Of a stretch of DNA of 64,000 nt, positions 9,892 through 20,544 are shown in pieces. Below the pieces are notes generated by a model, which ran no database searches, was not told the origin of the DNA, and saw only the letters and a program-made list of their open reading frames with translations. Numbering within the stretch: the stretch's first letter is position 1; each line of letters opens with the position of its first letter. This DNA comes from Nitrosopumilus sp. (GTDB taxonomy: Archaea; Thermoproteota; Nitrososphaeria; Nitrososphaerales; Nitrosopumilaceae), in assembly GCA_965218695.1 (NCBI GenBank), contig OZ244651.1:256001-320000 (forward strand). The letters run 5' to 3'. The translations under genes were made by a program, and so were the position numbers.

Positions 9892-11417
9892 GTAAGTGTT
9901 CACGTGGTTTAACTCATTTTTAGGCGTATTTTGCAATCTCCGCCAAGTAATCCAATTTCTTGTTTTTCCATGTCATTACACATGAAAAGAAATTCGCCAT
10001 CCACGTCATCGTCTCCTCTGCCCTTATGCTGCCCCGTATTTTTCTGTGCACGACTATCTCGCGCAACCCGCGTTCTGCAGCATTGTTTGTAGGCGGGATC
10101 TTTGGGTTCAGCACGAACCGGAACAGGTCGCTGCCAGCATTGCTGATCTTGACCATGAATTTTTCCAATATTGGATCGTCGGCGTACCTTGCAACGATCT
10201 TTTCGATGCATGACGTCAGCATGGCAGACGCGTTGTCCCGGAGAGAGCGCGAGCGTTTCCTGCTTGCCCTTCTGGCATAATCATAGATTATGCGCAGGTG
10301 CTTCAGGACGTTGCGCGCGCCTGGGCAGTCCGGATTGCGGTTGCAGATGTCCCTGGCCTCGCGTATTATGTGCGACCAGCAGCGCTGGACGCGGTATTTT
10401 CCGTACGCCGTCCAGCCGTCGCACACTAACGTGCCGTCCCAACCCCCAAGCGCTTCTTTCAGAACCTTTGCCCCCCGGCTGTCCCGTATCACGTACAGCG
10501 CGTGCCCGGTCAGCGGATCGTGCAGTATCCACACCCAGACGTTGCGGCCGTTTAGGTGAATCGATGTCTCGTCGGCGTGCAGTATCTTGGCCTTGCGTAT
10601 CATGGCGGCAATGGCTGCCGCAGGGGCGCCCAGCGACGTTCCCAGCCTGCGCATTATGTTGTGCGCCGTGCCCGAGGAGAGTGTAATTCCGTACCGCGAC
10701 ATGCGGTCTGCGATCATCCTAAACGGCATGCGACACACGTAATCGTCTGCAACATCAGTCGTTATGCTCGGATCGTAGCTGCCCTTGTCTGGAAGGCCGG
10801 TCTCGGGCTTGATGTCCACCAGACCGCAGGAGCAGCGACACGTGTTTATGGTGTGGCGCGTGGTGATGACCTTTATCGTGCGCTCCACTCTGGTAATGTC
10901 GCGTTTTTCTGACTGCACTATGGAAAGGCTACCCGAGCCGCATTCGGGGCAGGCCTCCGGGGTGTGTTCCTCAAACTCGGTGGGTTTTGGCTTGCGGGTG
11001 CGGCCCATGTGGCCTTTTTGCCCCCCGCGCGACTTCCCGCTGCCGGCCGCATCCACGCGGTCCTTTTGATCCCGGGAGGCTTTTGTGGATTTATTGTAGG
11101 CATTCTTTTCGTCGCCTTTTCCCTTTGTGTCAGGCCATCCGGGCCCCCTTTTTTGTGATGACGGGGTGTTGTAATTGTCATGCCGCACCAGCCTGCGCTT
11201 AAGATCAGCAACTGCCAGATTCAATTCCTCAATTATCTGCCCTTGCATCTCAATCGTCTGCTTGAGCTTGATGTTCTCAGTCTTGAGATCCGTGTACATC
11301 TTTTTGAGTTCAGCCTGGCTTTTCACATCGGGTTTGGATTACCATCCTATTTGGATCTGTGGTTTGCACAAAATTTACCCAAGAGTGAACTGAATTAGGC
11401 ACGACGTGAACACTTAC
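9892..11417 (-). mobile_element. IS66-family element (single-ORF, ISBst12-like)
   Basis: 14-bp TIR GTAAGTGTTCACGT; 8-bp TSD CTGTACTG (9884-9891, 11418-11425). Confidence 0.95.
9920..11326 (-). CDS. IS66 TnpC-type transposase
   Basis: Coiled coil, NYNTPSS, CPECG zinc finger, LHADET, VCDGW, QRCWSH, PPTNNAAERGLR. Confidence 0.93.
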   Translation of the reverse strand: MKSQAELKKMYTDLKTENIKLKQTIEMQGQIIEELNLAVADLKRRLVRHDNYNTPSSQKRGPGWPDTKGKGDEKNAYNKSTKASRDQKDRVDAAGSGKSRGGQKGHMGRTRKPKPTEFEEHTPEACPECGSGSLSIVQSEKRDITRVERTIKVITTRHTINTCRCSCGLVDIKPETGLPDKGSYDPSITTDVADDYVCRMPFRMIADRMSRYGITLSSGTAHNIMRRLGTSLGAPAAAIAAMIRKAKILHADETSIHLNGRNVWVWILHDPLTGHALYVIRDSRGAKVLKEALGGWDGTLVCDGWTAYGKYRVQRCWSHIIREARDICNRNPDCPGARNVLKHLRIIYDYARRASRKRSRSLRDNASAMLTSCIEKIVARYADDPILEKFMVKISNAGSDLFRFVLNPKIPPTNNAAERGLREIVVHRKIRGSIRAEETMTWMANFFSCVMTWKNKKLDYLAEIAKYA

Positions 11418-14000
11418 CTGTACTGTAACCGGCATCATGCACGTGGGAGGAATACAGGTCAACAAGACGGCACCTGTTTGGAGCCAGGTTGGGGATATAG
11501 AATACTTTGAGTCGTCAGACGGCCACACCTATCTCTTGGTTGCCGGACGCTCCGATGGCATCCTGGTGGTGAATGCGACCAATCCGCATGTCCCGGTTCA
11601 AATAGGTAGCATATCATACAAGAGTTCGGAAGAGTCGTGGCGCATGGACGTGGAGGTGTTCAAGTCGCCGGAGGGTCGGAACTATGCGCTGCTTGCCGGC
11701 AGCGATGCCATGATCCTGGACGTGACGGATCCGCAGAGTCCGGTACCTGTTAATGATGCTCGGGGTGATCCTGGCGTTTTAGATGACGCTTACGACACCA
11801 CAATATTCGAGCCATCAGACGGCCACACCTATGCCTGGGTAGAAGGCAGCAGCGAGGTTCGGATTGTCGACATGACAGATCCGCACGACCCCGTACTCGT
11901 AAACGATGGACGCGACAATTTCTTCGTGCACCATAACGGAGCGGTCTTTGAGTCGCCGGACGGCCACGCATATGCCATGTCTGCATCTCCCATTTTCGGC
12001 CTCTACATCGAGGATGTCACCGATCCACACAATCCCGTGCCCGTGGCAGTTGTGCGCCATGACGGCTATCCAGCAGAGCGATTCTTGCTATCAGTGGATG
12101 CAATTTCAGAACTGCCAGTGATCCTCATCCCAGGCGAGTATGCTGCAGGGCTTTTCCATGCAGAAACGATGGCCACGTTCGAGTCGTCTGACAGACACGT
12201 CTATGCCATGATAGCCAACAACGGCGTAACATCGACCTTTAACGGAGAGGATGCAAGAATCATCCCCACAGGCATACTTTTCATGGACGTCACAGACCCG
12301 CGCGCGCCGGTCCCGATATATGATATTCGAAACGGGGATGACGGATTTGACATAGGATCCCACATTCGATCCATCAAGGTCTTTGAGTCGCCAGACGGCC
12401 ACGCATATGCAGCCATAGCCGGGGGCTGGGACGTGCTGGTCATGGACATCACCGATCCGCGCGCGCCTGTCCTGGCAGGCAAGATACAAGACGGCGAGGG
12501 TGGCTTTTATGAGATGGGAATAGTCTCCAGCATGGCACTCTTTGAGCAGTCTGACGGCATCGTCTATCTGGCCACTGTCAGCGACGAGGGCGTCCAGATT
12601 ATGGATATTACCTCCCCACACCAGCCGGTGCCGGTGGGTACCCTGTGGGATGATCAGAGCGGCATTTCTGCCATAGGCACGGCCTCCTACCACGCCGTCT
12701 TTGGGCCAGGCGACGGCCATACATATGCCCTGGGAACCGGCACTGACGGCGTTCATGTCGTGGATGTCACAGTCCCGCACGCGCCGGTCCCGGTAAGCAG
12801 CATGTGGGATGGAAAGGACGGATTTGACACCCTGGACCGCGCAGGCCATATCGCGTCCCTCAGGTCTGCTGACGGCCGCTCCTACGCCCTGGTGGGCAGT
12901 GCTGAAGGCGTTCAGATTGCAGATGTCACCGATCCTCACAATCCGAGTCCTGCAGGCAGCATACGGGACGGCAAAGACGGGTTCGAGTCAGAATGGATAA
13001 CCGGCATCGCCATCCTCCAACCGACCGACGATCGAGCCTACGCCATGATCGCGGATCACCGCATAGGCATCCACATTGTAGACATTACCGATCCGTCAGC
13101 ACCTGTTCTTGCAGGGGGCATGCTGGCAGAAGACGGCTTTGATATTTTGGGCGGCGTACACGCAATCGCAGTGTACAGGCAGCCGCAGCAGCAGCCTGAC
13201 GGACGCGACTATGCCTTGGTGACCGGGGATTGGGGCATCCACATTGTGGATATTGCCAATCCATCAGAGCCGGCACTGACAGGCACCCTGCGGGGCGGCG
13301 TGGGAAATTACACATTTACCGCAGCCGATTAGACCGTCATCTTCGAGTCCCCCGAAGGTCGCACATACGCCCTGCTTGCAGACTATGCAAGCGGATTGCA
13401 CATTGTGGATGTCACTGACCCGTACGGCCCCGTACCGGTAGGCATCATGCCGACGGAGGATGACACACTCATCTTGCATCCCGGCACGCCGGTCACGGTG
13501 GCCGGATCCCACGATAACCGCACGTACGTTATGCTGGGCAGCGAAGACGGCATACGGATCTTGAATGTCACCGATCTGTATGCTCCGATGCTGTTAAACA
13601 ACACGCTTGCAGGCGAGGCGAGTTTTTCCTTGGATCCGTACCCCTGGTACATCACGCTTTTTGGGGCAGACGACGGCCGCACATACGCCCTGACGGGCAG
13701 CGGCAGCGGCATGCAGATCTTGGATGTCACAAAACCGTATGTGTCTGAGACTGTCGAAAGTGCCAAAGGAGACCCTGCATGCTGACTCTGATGACACGGG
13801 CGTGCCGCGAGTCTACGTATAGGCAAGGCGTGGGAGGGGAGGAACTTTGATGCCCATCCTCTTTGGAGTCAGCAACGGCCACATGTTTTGGCGAACAGCA
13901 ACGGCCCGCGCACATCATGTAAAGGGGAACTGTAAAGATACAGGTACATGAATAACGCTGTAAAGCCGGGCACATGGTGAATCTTTTCCAGAATGATGAT

Positions 14001-14015
14001 AAAAAAAGAAAGGAA
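14001..14015 (-). terminator. Archaeal oligo(T) terminator after the passenger gene
   Basis: Minus strand TTCCTTTCTTTTTTT just after the stop at 14019. Confidence 0.5.
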
Positions 14016-14018
14016 TGA

Positions 14019-14285
14019 TCATGATTTCCCGATCCCTGCGAGGATATACCGGATGAACCGCCTGGCTATTATGACAAGTGCAGTCCCGCTGACTGCTATG
14101 AGAATCAATCCGTATATCGGTATGGACTCGCTGAATATTATGTCCCCGATGTGACGGCCCTTCTCCAATCCTCGCATAATGGTGTCAGGTATGATGTATA
14201 TGCTGAGAATAAACACGAGTCCGCTAAGCATGGTGCCGACTGCGCCAAGAACGTGCCAAAAAAAGGGGGGAAACGTGATACCCAT
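14019..14285 (-). CDS. Small 2-TM membrane protein (88 aa), passenger
   Basis: MGITFPPFFWHVLGAVGTMLSGLVFILSIYII...IPIYGLILIAVSGTALVIIARR; the longer ORF-track call (14633) reads through transposase DNA. Confidence 0.65.
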   Translation of the reverse strand: MGITFPPFFWHVLGAVGTMLSGLVFILSIYIIPDTIMRGLEKGRHIGDIIFSESIPIYGLILIAVSGTALVIIARRFIRYILAGIGKS

Positions 14286-14314
14286 TATGACACAGCTCAG
14301 TTTTAAAGCACAAT

Positions 14315-14509
14315 TTATGGGTTTTTTGCCGCCGCTTGGATGAGGGCCATCCACTTGTTGCTTCCTTCTATCCTGATGCCTGCCCTGTCTGCCGGGGTGT
14401 CGCCGTCCAGTCCTTGGTGAGGCCTGACGTAGTTGTGGTAGAGTTGCAGGCCCGTAAGGAGCGCCGAATCGTTTTTTTTGAGACCCCTTATCACTTTCTC
14501 GTGTTGCGC
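14315..14509 (-). pseudogene. C-terminal remnant of an archaeal IS6-type DDE transposase
   Basis: EKVIRGLKK...LYHNYVRPHQGLDGDTPADRAGIRIEGSNKWMALIQ; catalytic core deleted. Confidence 0.75.
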
Positions 14510-14923
14510 GATGGTGAAGCGACGCATGGATAGAACTGGCGAGGATCGGAGCACGGCGACACCCCAAGTGAGGCGCTGGTGCTAGGCAAATACACAATAC
14601 AGCCACCGGGCGCAGCCTGGAGAAGATCCACATTCATGTACCCAACTTTACAGTGTTATCCGTATACCTGTATCTTTACAGCCCCTGTAACATCTAACCC
14701 AAATCTAATTCACTACACGCAAGTCCAACACGTGATGCCATGCATTCTGATGTAAAACTGCCCGCAGGTTCCATGAAAACGGAATTAGTCGACCGACACG
14801 CGCATCCCAAACCCGGAGTGCTGGCATCCTGTCCATGTGATGTGCAGATATCGACGCGGCGTGAAAAAATGTGCGCAATATGCCCTGTCATGCGGCATGC
14901 AGGCAGGCAGGCAACAGATGAGA

Positions 14924-16162
14924 TCAGGCGGGCACTGGCCGGACGCCGGGCAAGTCAGGCAAGCCCGGCGGGGGTTCGGGACCGGGCCGCTGCCCAAGGA
15001 TCCACAACAGCAGCACGAACTTTAGCGCAGTCTGCGTGGTCTTGGGGCCGGCATGGTCTCCTGACCGGAACGCCAAAAGCGCGTTGGCTGCAACCCACAG
15101 GTTGAATAACAGCAGGGAGTACAGGAAGCAGAAGAGGCGCGCGACGCGGTTGCGGCTGCGCGTCTTGGCCCTCATGCTCTCTATCTTGGCGTATCCGGTC
15201 TCTATCCCCCATCGGGCGGCATACGCGTCGGGGTTTATGCCCGGCACGCTGGTGGCAAACCCGATGTACTTCTCTTCTGGTTTGGCGTTGGGATCTTGGC
15301 AGCCCTTTCGCCTCACTATGGACAGAAAGCACGATGCCGACTTGCCCCGGCCGTGCATGACGTACTCTGAGACTGCGTTTCTGGTGCCTTCTGCAAACTC
15401 CCGCAGCGCCTCTGCCACCCCGGGGGTGTTCCTGGCAGGCATGAGGTAGTCGATTCCCCTGCTGTTTAGCGCGTCGATCGTCTGCATTGCAAAAAATTCC
15501 CTGTCCATCAGGACAAGGCCGATCTTGGCTCCTGCGGCAAGGCAGCCGTCAAGCACGGCTCCTGCCATGTCCGGGCCTGACGTGAGCGCCGGCACGCCCA
15601 GCGCGGCAAGGTTCAGGCGCGCGCCGGGGTTGACTGCTTGGGCGGTGATGTATCTTTCAAAATATTTTGTCCCGTTTTTGTACCTAGAGCGCGCAAGCTC
15701 GGGACCGCGCGTTCGGTCATACCGGGATATCAGGTGCATGTCTATGGCGACTGTGAGCCCCTCGACAGGCAGCATGCCTGCCTGTCCCAGCCGGTCCAGC
15801 TGCCCAGAGACTGCCTGCCTGAACCGGCACGCCATGTTGTCCTCGTCGATGCCAAGCAGCCTCAGCCGGAACCACTCGTCACTTGGAACCGCATGGCCTG
15901 CCCTTGCGTCTCCGGCCTCCGATGTTGGCCGCATGCCGTTGGCCGCGCCGCCGACTGACGTGTCAAGGATGGCTCCCCTCACCATGCCGTCGCTCAGGTC
16001 CGATACGCCGTATTTCCTGTTGCGTCCGGCCGGAAGAGGGACGATCGACCCGACGACGTCGCAGAGTCCCGGCATCATTTGGCAGCGGATCCGGGAGTTG
16101 TTTCGGAAGTCGCGCATGATCTTGTTTGCCCCCTGATTGGAGGGCACGCCGTGTCTGCTCAT
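14924..16162 (-). CDS. ISH3/IS4-like DDE transposase (lineage B); element ends not firmly resolved
   Basis: VAIDMH, LMDREFF, YAARWGIETGY, PEPPP tail; candidate IR TGTGCAGATA at 14841-14850 / 16313-16322. Confidence 0.88.
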   Translation of the reverse strand: MSRHGVPSNQGANKIMRDFRNNSRIRCQMMPGLCDVVGSIVPLPAGRNRKYGVSDLSDGMVRGAILDTSVGGAANGMRPTSEAGDARAGHAVPSDEWFRLRLLGIDEDNMACRFRQAVSGQLDRLGQAGMLPVEGLTVAIDMHLISRYDRTRGPELARSRYKNGTKYFERYITAQAVNPGARLNLAALGVPALTSGPDMAGAVLDGCLAAGAKIGLVLMDREFFAMQTIDALNSRGIDYLMPARNTPGVAEALREFAEGTRNAVSEYVMHGRGKSASCFLSIVRRKGCQDPNAKPEEKYIGFATSVPGINPDAYAARWGIETGYAKIESMRAKTRSRNRVARLFCFLYSLLLFNLWVAANALLAFRSGDHAGPKTTQTALKFVLLLWILGQRPGPEPPPGLPDLPGVRPVPA

Positions 16163-16496
16163 CCCGGCTGCCTCCCCGGGGCGTGCTGCGTTTGTGCCTG
16201 CACGGCACGCCTTGCCGCCGCACGGGTGCGCTTAAATAAAAACCCGGCAAGGATATTATGGATTCTGGGTTGTCCTGTGTGGTGGTGCATGCCGTGCATC
16301 CCCGAATCCACTTATCTGCACAACAACCATCCCGAGCCCGGAATGCGGTCCGATGTGACGTGCGTTGACACTGATCATCTAGGTCGAATGCTTCTGCAGC
16401 CATGTTTTGGCGCATGTGCGTTACGTGGACAAAATTACTTTTGGGTTAGCTGTGTAAAAGATAACATTTAAGTCAAGCATGGCTGGGCAAACCATA

Positions 16497-17258
16497 TTGT
16501 CTCTGGTCACCACATCCAAATCCGATGGCATATGCACTGTTACAATCAACAGGCCTGAAAAACTCAACGCCATGAATACCGCAGTAGCAAAGGAACTTAT
16601 CTCGACTTTTGAGGCGCTGAATCTGGATGACGACGTTCGGGTCATAATCCTGACCGGCCAGGGAGACAGGGCGTTTTCTGCAGGGGCAGACATTGAGTAC
16701 ATGTCAAAGATCTCCGCAGACGAGTCAGTGGAATATGCAAAGACCGGGCAGCTTGTCACTTCCACAGTCGAACTTGTAAGGCAGCCGACCATTGCAGCCG
16801 TCAACGGCTTTGCGCTTGGAGGCGGGTGCGAACTTGCAATGTCCTGCGACATCCGAATAGCATCCGATACTGCCAAGCTTGGACAGCCGGAGGTCACCAT
16901 TGGCATCCCCCCGGGCTGGGGCGGAACACAGAGACTCATGAGAATCGTGGGAATTGCAAAGGCAAAGGAGCTTGTATACACCGGCAAGATGGTCAAGGCA
17001 GAAGAGGCAAGGGAGATTGGACTTGTAAATCACGTCGTTCCGCTTGCATCGCTGCAGGAGGAGGCCCTCAAGATGGCACAAAAGATATCTGCAAACTCTA
17101 CCATGGGCGTTCAGATGTCCAAGGTCGCAATCAACAAGGGACGAAACGCGGATCTTGACACCGGACTTGGAATCGAGCTTCTCGCGTGGAGAAACTGCTT
17201 TACCCACCCTGACAGGGAGCAGCGCATGACTGCGTTTGTCCAAAAGTCAAAGAAATAA
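16497..17258 (+). CDS. 3-hydroxypropionyl-CoA dehydratase / crotonyl-CoA hydratase, Nmar_1308-type
   Basis: Crotonase motifs [44 protein letters not shown]; start TTG (MSLVTT). Confidence 0.9.
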   Translation: MSLVTTSKSDGICTVTINRPEKLNAMNTAVAKELISTFEALNLDDDVRVIILTGQGDRAFSAGADIEYMSKISADESVEYAKTGQLVTSTVELVRQPTIAAVNGFALGGGCELAMSCDIRIASDTAKLGQPEVTIGIPPGWGGTQRLMRIVGIAKAKELVYTGKMVKAEEAREIGLVNHVVPLASLQEEALKMAQKISANSTMGVQMSKVAINKGRNADLDTGLGIELLAWRNCFTHPDREQRMTAFVQKSKK

Positions 17259-17411
17259 TCACACAACCATTTCATTCTGATGAATTTTACATTTCAAGTC
17301 GTGCCTGTGGGGTGCTGCCGACGTCATCATCCCCCGGCATCCACACGACGGTTCCTTCAGCATGGAATGCATGCCGCCCTCAGCACCACCATCCTGGGAA
17401 TACAAGGTCAC

Positions 17412-17518
17412 ACCATCGTTGATCCGTGTGCCAAACTGTATTGTCTGCTCCTTGACAACGCTTATGCTTGGATTTTTGGCGAACCATCGTTGATCCGTGT
17501 GCCAAACTGTATTGTCTG
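17412..17518. repeat. Two identical 36-bp direct repeats separated by 35 bp
   Basis: ACCATCGTTGATCCGTGTGCCAAACTGTATTGTCTG at 17412-17447 and 17483-17518. Confidence 0.9.
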
Positions 17519-17644
17519 GGCACTCGCTTGGTTTTGTAGAGGTGCACTCCTCAAGGCATCCTGGCAGCAGCATTGATCTCCATCAAACCCCGTTGGAAGG
17601 GCACGAAAAGCTTATTATAATTACGAGTGGTATTTTTACACATT

Positions 17645-17995
17645 ATGGCATCTGAACAAGTACAGAAGATGATCGCAGTAACCCCAAAGGCTGCTGATAA
17701 GATCAAAGAGTTCATGAAGGAGGAGGCTGAATCTCCCGAGTACCTTAGGGTCTATGTCCAGGGCGGAGGATGCTCCGGCCTGTCTTACGGCATGGGTTTT
17801 GAAAAGGCACCCGAAGAAGACGACATTGTTCTGGAGGAGAACGGAGTCAAGCTCCTAGTCGACAGTTACAGCGTTGATCACCTACAGGGCGCAAATGTAG
17901 ACTATATCGAAAGCCTGATGGGCTCTGGATTCAAGGTCAACAATCCAAACGTCACAAAATCGTGCTCTTGCGGTCACTCATTCAGCACCGAATAA
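17645..17995 (+). CDS. A-type Fe-S cluster assembly protein (IscA/ErpA/HesB)
   Basis: LRVYVQGGGCSGLSY and NPNVTKSCSCGHSF. Confidence 0.95.
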   Translation: MASEQVQKMIAVTPKAADKIKEFMKEEAESPEYLRVYVQGGGCSGLSYGMGFEKAPEEDDIVLEENGVKLLVDSYSVDHLQGANVDYIESLMGSGFKVNNPNVTKSCSCGHSFSTE

Positions 17996-18197
17996 GCAAG
18001 ACATACTTATTTTTCGATTCCGGCCTAGCGTATGCTGGGCCAAACTACTCGTTGTGCCAACCGGCATCCCGTGTACAGGACACGGCCAGCTAACGGTGGG
18101 TGATTCTGTCGTGCATGTGTGTCCGGCATTGTATGTGTGCCTCACGGATGATGTGGTGGAACTGGCTGTTCCGGGCACACGATCGCAACCCGTACGG

Positions 18198-18247
18198 ACT
18201 CGTTCAATACAATCCTGGGCACGAACTTGCAATGAATTATGCCTGTG
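18198..18247 (+). repeat. Dispersed intergenic repeat family 1, copy 2
   Basis: 47/50 identical to 3736-3785. Confidence 0.85.
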
Positions 18248-18268
18248 GTTATAATGGACATGAGTGCG

Positions 18269-20460
18269 GTACGCGTTCACCTCCCCCCTTGCCAATTCCA
18301 CGCTAGTCGGGATGTCATACATGGGCATGTGATTGACTCCATCATGGAATCATCCACCAGAAGACACGTCGGTGTGAAAATGTATGGCAATGCCATCCTG
18401 CAGGCAGGCCTGAGGCTTTTTGCGGCATGATCTGCGATGCATCCTGCCTAAGCCAAATGGTGCGGCAACGATCCGGATCTGCGGGATGTCGTGGCACGGT
18501 TATTTGAGATTCGGAAATATCGGGGGCGGTATTCCGGACCCGAACATGTCCTGCGAGGCATCGGCAGTCACCGCGTCCCCCGAGAACATTCCAAGCTTTT
18601 CTGCCGTGGCGTGAATCGTCTGGAGTTTGGCAAAAGTGTCGGCTGCCTTCCAGTTGGGAAACGCGTGGTGTATGTCGCGCGGCCTTACGATGTGCGTTCG
18701 TACGGCCCTCTCGCACGCGTTGTTGTTGCCGTCCATTCCAGGATGCCTGATAAACTCTGTAAGGTATGGCGCGGCGCGTTCAAGCGAGCCTGCAAAATCG
18801 CGGCTCTTCTCGTCTGAGACGCATCCGTTGCGGCAGGCATCGACGAGCGTCAGGATGCGTTTTTGCAGGGAATCCTGGCTTGATTTGACGTATTCTTCCA
18901 GTCCCGGGGTGTTTTTGACGAGTCGGCCTGCGTCGCAGGCCGACTCTTCTGCCCTGCCGGCCATCTCGAGTGCATTCCTTGCGGCGGTCTTGGCGTCCCG
19001 ATATATCTTGAGCAGCGTCACGTACCACGCATACTCGAAGGAATTGACTCCGTGGCGTATGGCCAGGCCCTCGCACTTGCGAACCACGTGGACAAAGCAC
19101 GTCTGAAAGTCCCCCTCAAGGGCGTTGCCGGCACGGTACATGTCTGCCACGAACGGCCTGTTCAGCACCATCCAAAGCACGTCCCTCATGGTCTCCTTGG
19201 TCTTGTCAGGCCTGATGCATACCAGCACGCAGTATTTTGAGATCAGTAGTATGGCCTGCACGTTCTTTCCTGCGACCTTTTCGCCGGACTCGTCTTCGGA
19301 CACGCTTGGCGCCATGCTCATCTTTTCTGTTATCTGCGTGATGAGCGGCCGCCTCATCAGGCCGTTCCATGCGGTATGGCCGCCGGCGTCGGGTTCGGGG
19401 CGCGCAGGCGTGGGGAACGGCGCCCCGAACAAGGGAGACGGCATGTCCTCCTTTGGCTCCGGCAGCCTCGGGGCGTCTCCGAGGCTGCCGCGCGTTGCTA
19501 TTGCCTCTAGGGCGTGGGATATGCACCCCAGTGATGCCCTGATGCCGTGGTTTGATGCCAGCAGGTACTGCATGCTTCTGAGCGAAACCGATACCCTGTG
19601 CATGTTGGCAATCTTCTTTCTCAGGTTGGGGCCAAACCACGTTCCGGGAATCGAGTCCGCGTCAGGATACGTGACTGCCTGGCACGTGAGGCAGTACCCG
19701 GGCGCGATCATCTCGGCATAACAGACTGGCTTGCCGGATTCGGTGACATCTATCACCGTCTTCCAAAAGGCATCCTCGGGCAGCATGTAGGTGCCGCCGC
19801 AGTTTTTGCACATGGGCGCACTGCACATCCTGATGTCAGCCGGCCTGCGGCCGTGGGAGACTCCCGGCTGACCCGGCCGGTGTCCGGGCTTTTTGCCCGT
19901 ATCTGGGGCATCGCCCGTGTCTGCCCTTACCTGCGGATCACTTTTGAAGGCTCTTCGCTTCCGGGTAAACAGCACGGCGCCCCTGGATGAATGGTTCCAA
20001 CTCTCGTGGACTGAAAGTTCCCGGGCCAGCTGCTTCTTCTCTGCCTTCAGGGTCCGGATCTCCTCTGCCTGGTGCGCCGTCTCCTCGATAACGACAGCCA
20101 GCGTCTTTCCGGTGGTTCCCAGAGAGGCTGCGACCAGGCCCAGCAGGATCTCCACGATTCCCCACACGCGGCGCAGCTCTGCCTGCAGTATGATCCTTTC
20201 GGATTTCGGGACAACCATTCAGGACTGCACCTGCATCCGCCGCGACGCCGTGCAGTTTGCATTCTTAAATACGGATTCTGCGTGTGTATATTGGCGCACG
20301 TGCGTGTGGGTCATGGTAATTCACATCTCACGTGCAGCCGTTTTAATCACCTAATCTAAAAAATCTAATTTTGTTTGTAAATTCTGACCCATCCAATTGT
20401 CATATGTGCCAAAAGGCTCAACAGTGTCGCACCAAATGGAGGGGGGAGGTGAACGCGTAC
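18269..20460 (-). mobile_element. IS66-family element, 2192 bp
   Basis: TIR GTACGCGTTCACCTCCCCC; 8-bp TSD TGAGTGCG (18261-18268, 20461-20468). Confidence 0.95.
18500..20218 (-). CDS. IS66 transposase (572 aa, with a Pro-rich insert)
   Basis: KKPGHRPGQPG, CKNCG, SEDES, FVADMY, QTCFVH, DGNNNACERAVR. Confidence 0.88.
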   Translation of the reverse strand: MVVPKSERIILQAELRRVWGIVEILLGLVAASLGTTGKTLAVVIEETAHQAEEIRTLKAEKKQLARELSVHESWNHSSRGAVLFTRKRRAFKSDPQVRADTGDAPDTGKKPGHRPGQPGVSHGRRPADIRMCSAPMCKNCGGTYMLPEDAFWKTVIDVTESGKPVCYAEMIAPGYCLTCQAVTYPDADSIPGTWFGPNLRKKIANMHRVSVSLRSMQYLLASNHGIRASLGCISHALEAIATRGSLGDAPRLPEPKEDMPSPLFGAPFPTPARPEPDAGGHTAWNGLMRRPLITQITEKMSMAPSVSEDESGEKVAGKNVQAILLISKYCVLVCIRPDKTKETMRDVLWMVLNRPFVADMYRAGNALEGDFQTCFVHVVRKCEGLAIRHGVNSFEYAWYVTLLKIYRDAKTAARNALEMAGRAEESACDAGRLVKNTPGLEEYVKSSQDSLQKRILTLVDACRNGCVSDEKSRDFAGSLERAAPYLTEFIRHPGMDGNNNACERAVRTHIVRPRDIHHAFPNWKAADTFAKLQTIHATAEKLGMFSGDAVTADASQDMFGSGIPPPIFPNLK

Positions 20461-20544
20461 TGAGTGCGTACCGCAACCCATCCGATACCCTCATATATCG
20501 TATATTGGAATTAATGTCATGATGATTAAGGAGATGAATAATTT

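Larger units (their letters stand above)
9759..13785 (+). pseudogene. Membrane-anchored LVIVD-repeat (beta-propeller-like) surface protein, split by IS66 and carrying an in-frame TAG
   Basis: Removing the IS66 plus one TSD joins ...VIYASISAVLAATAILLAVINVPPTCT to VTGIMHVGG (11437 frame). Repeats of FESxDGHTYA...GxxIVDVTDPxxPVxVG. TAG at 13330-13332 is followed in frame by TVIFESPEGRTYALL and ORF 13396-13785. Confidence 0.88.
13926..14685 (-). mobile_element. Non-autonomous IS6-family derivative with a passenger gene (760 bp)
   Basis: ~50-bp imperfect TIRs starting GGAACTGTAAAGATACAGGTA and GGGGCTGTAAAGATACAGGTA (IS6-type GGNNCTGT), each with a second internal CTGTAAAG. Flanks TGTAAAGG/TGTAACAT match 5/8. 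Confidence 0.75.

Noticed and set aside
13330-13332. In-frame TAG as pyrrolysine or programmed readthrough
   Set aside because: There are no pyl genes in the window, other genes here end in TAG, and the gene is already IS-disrupted; a nonsense mutation is simpler.
14837-16326. Exact ends for ISH3 lineage B (IR TGTGCAGATA, flanks CCAT)
   Set aside because: The match is short and lacks the CAG start and 5-bp TSD of the other ISH3 copies; not reported as a bounded element.
17412-17518. Annotating a CRISPR array
   Set aside because: Only two repeats, no cas genes or leader, and no CRISPR repeat hallmarks; kept as a repeat and a low-interest finding.
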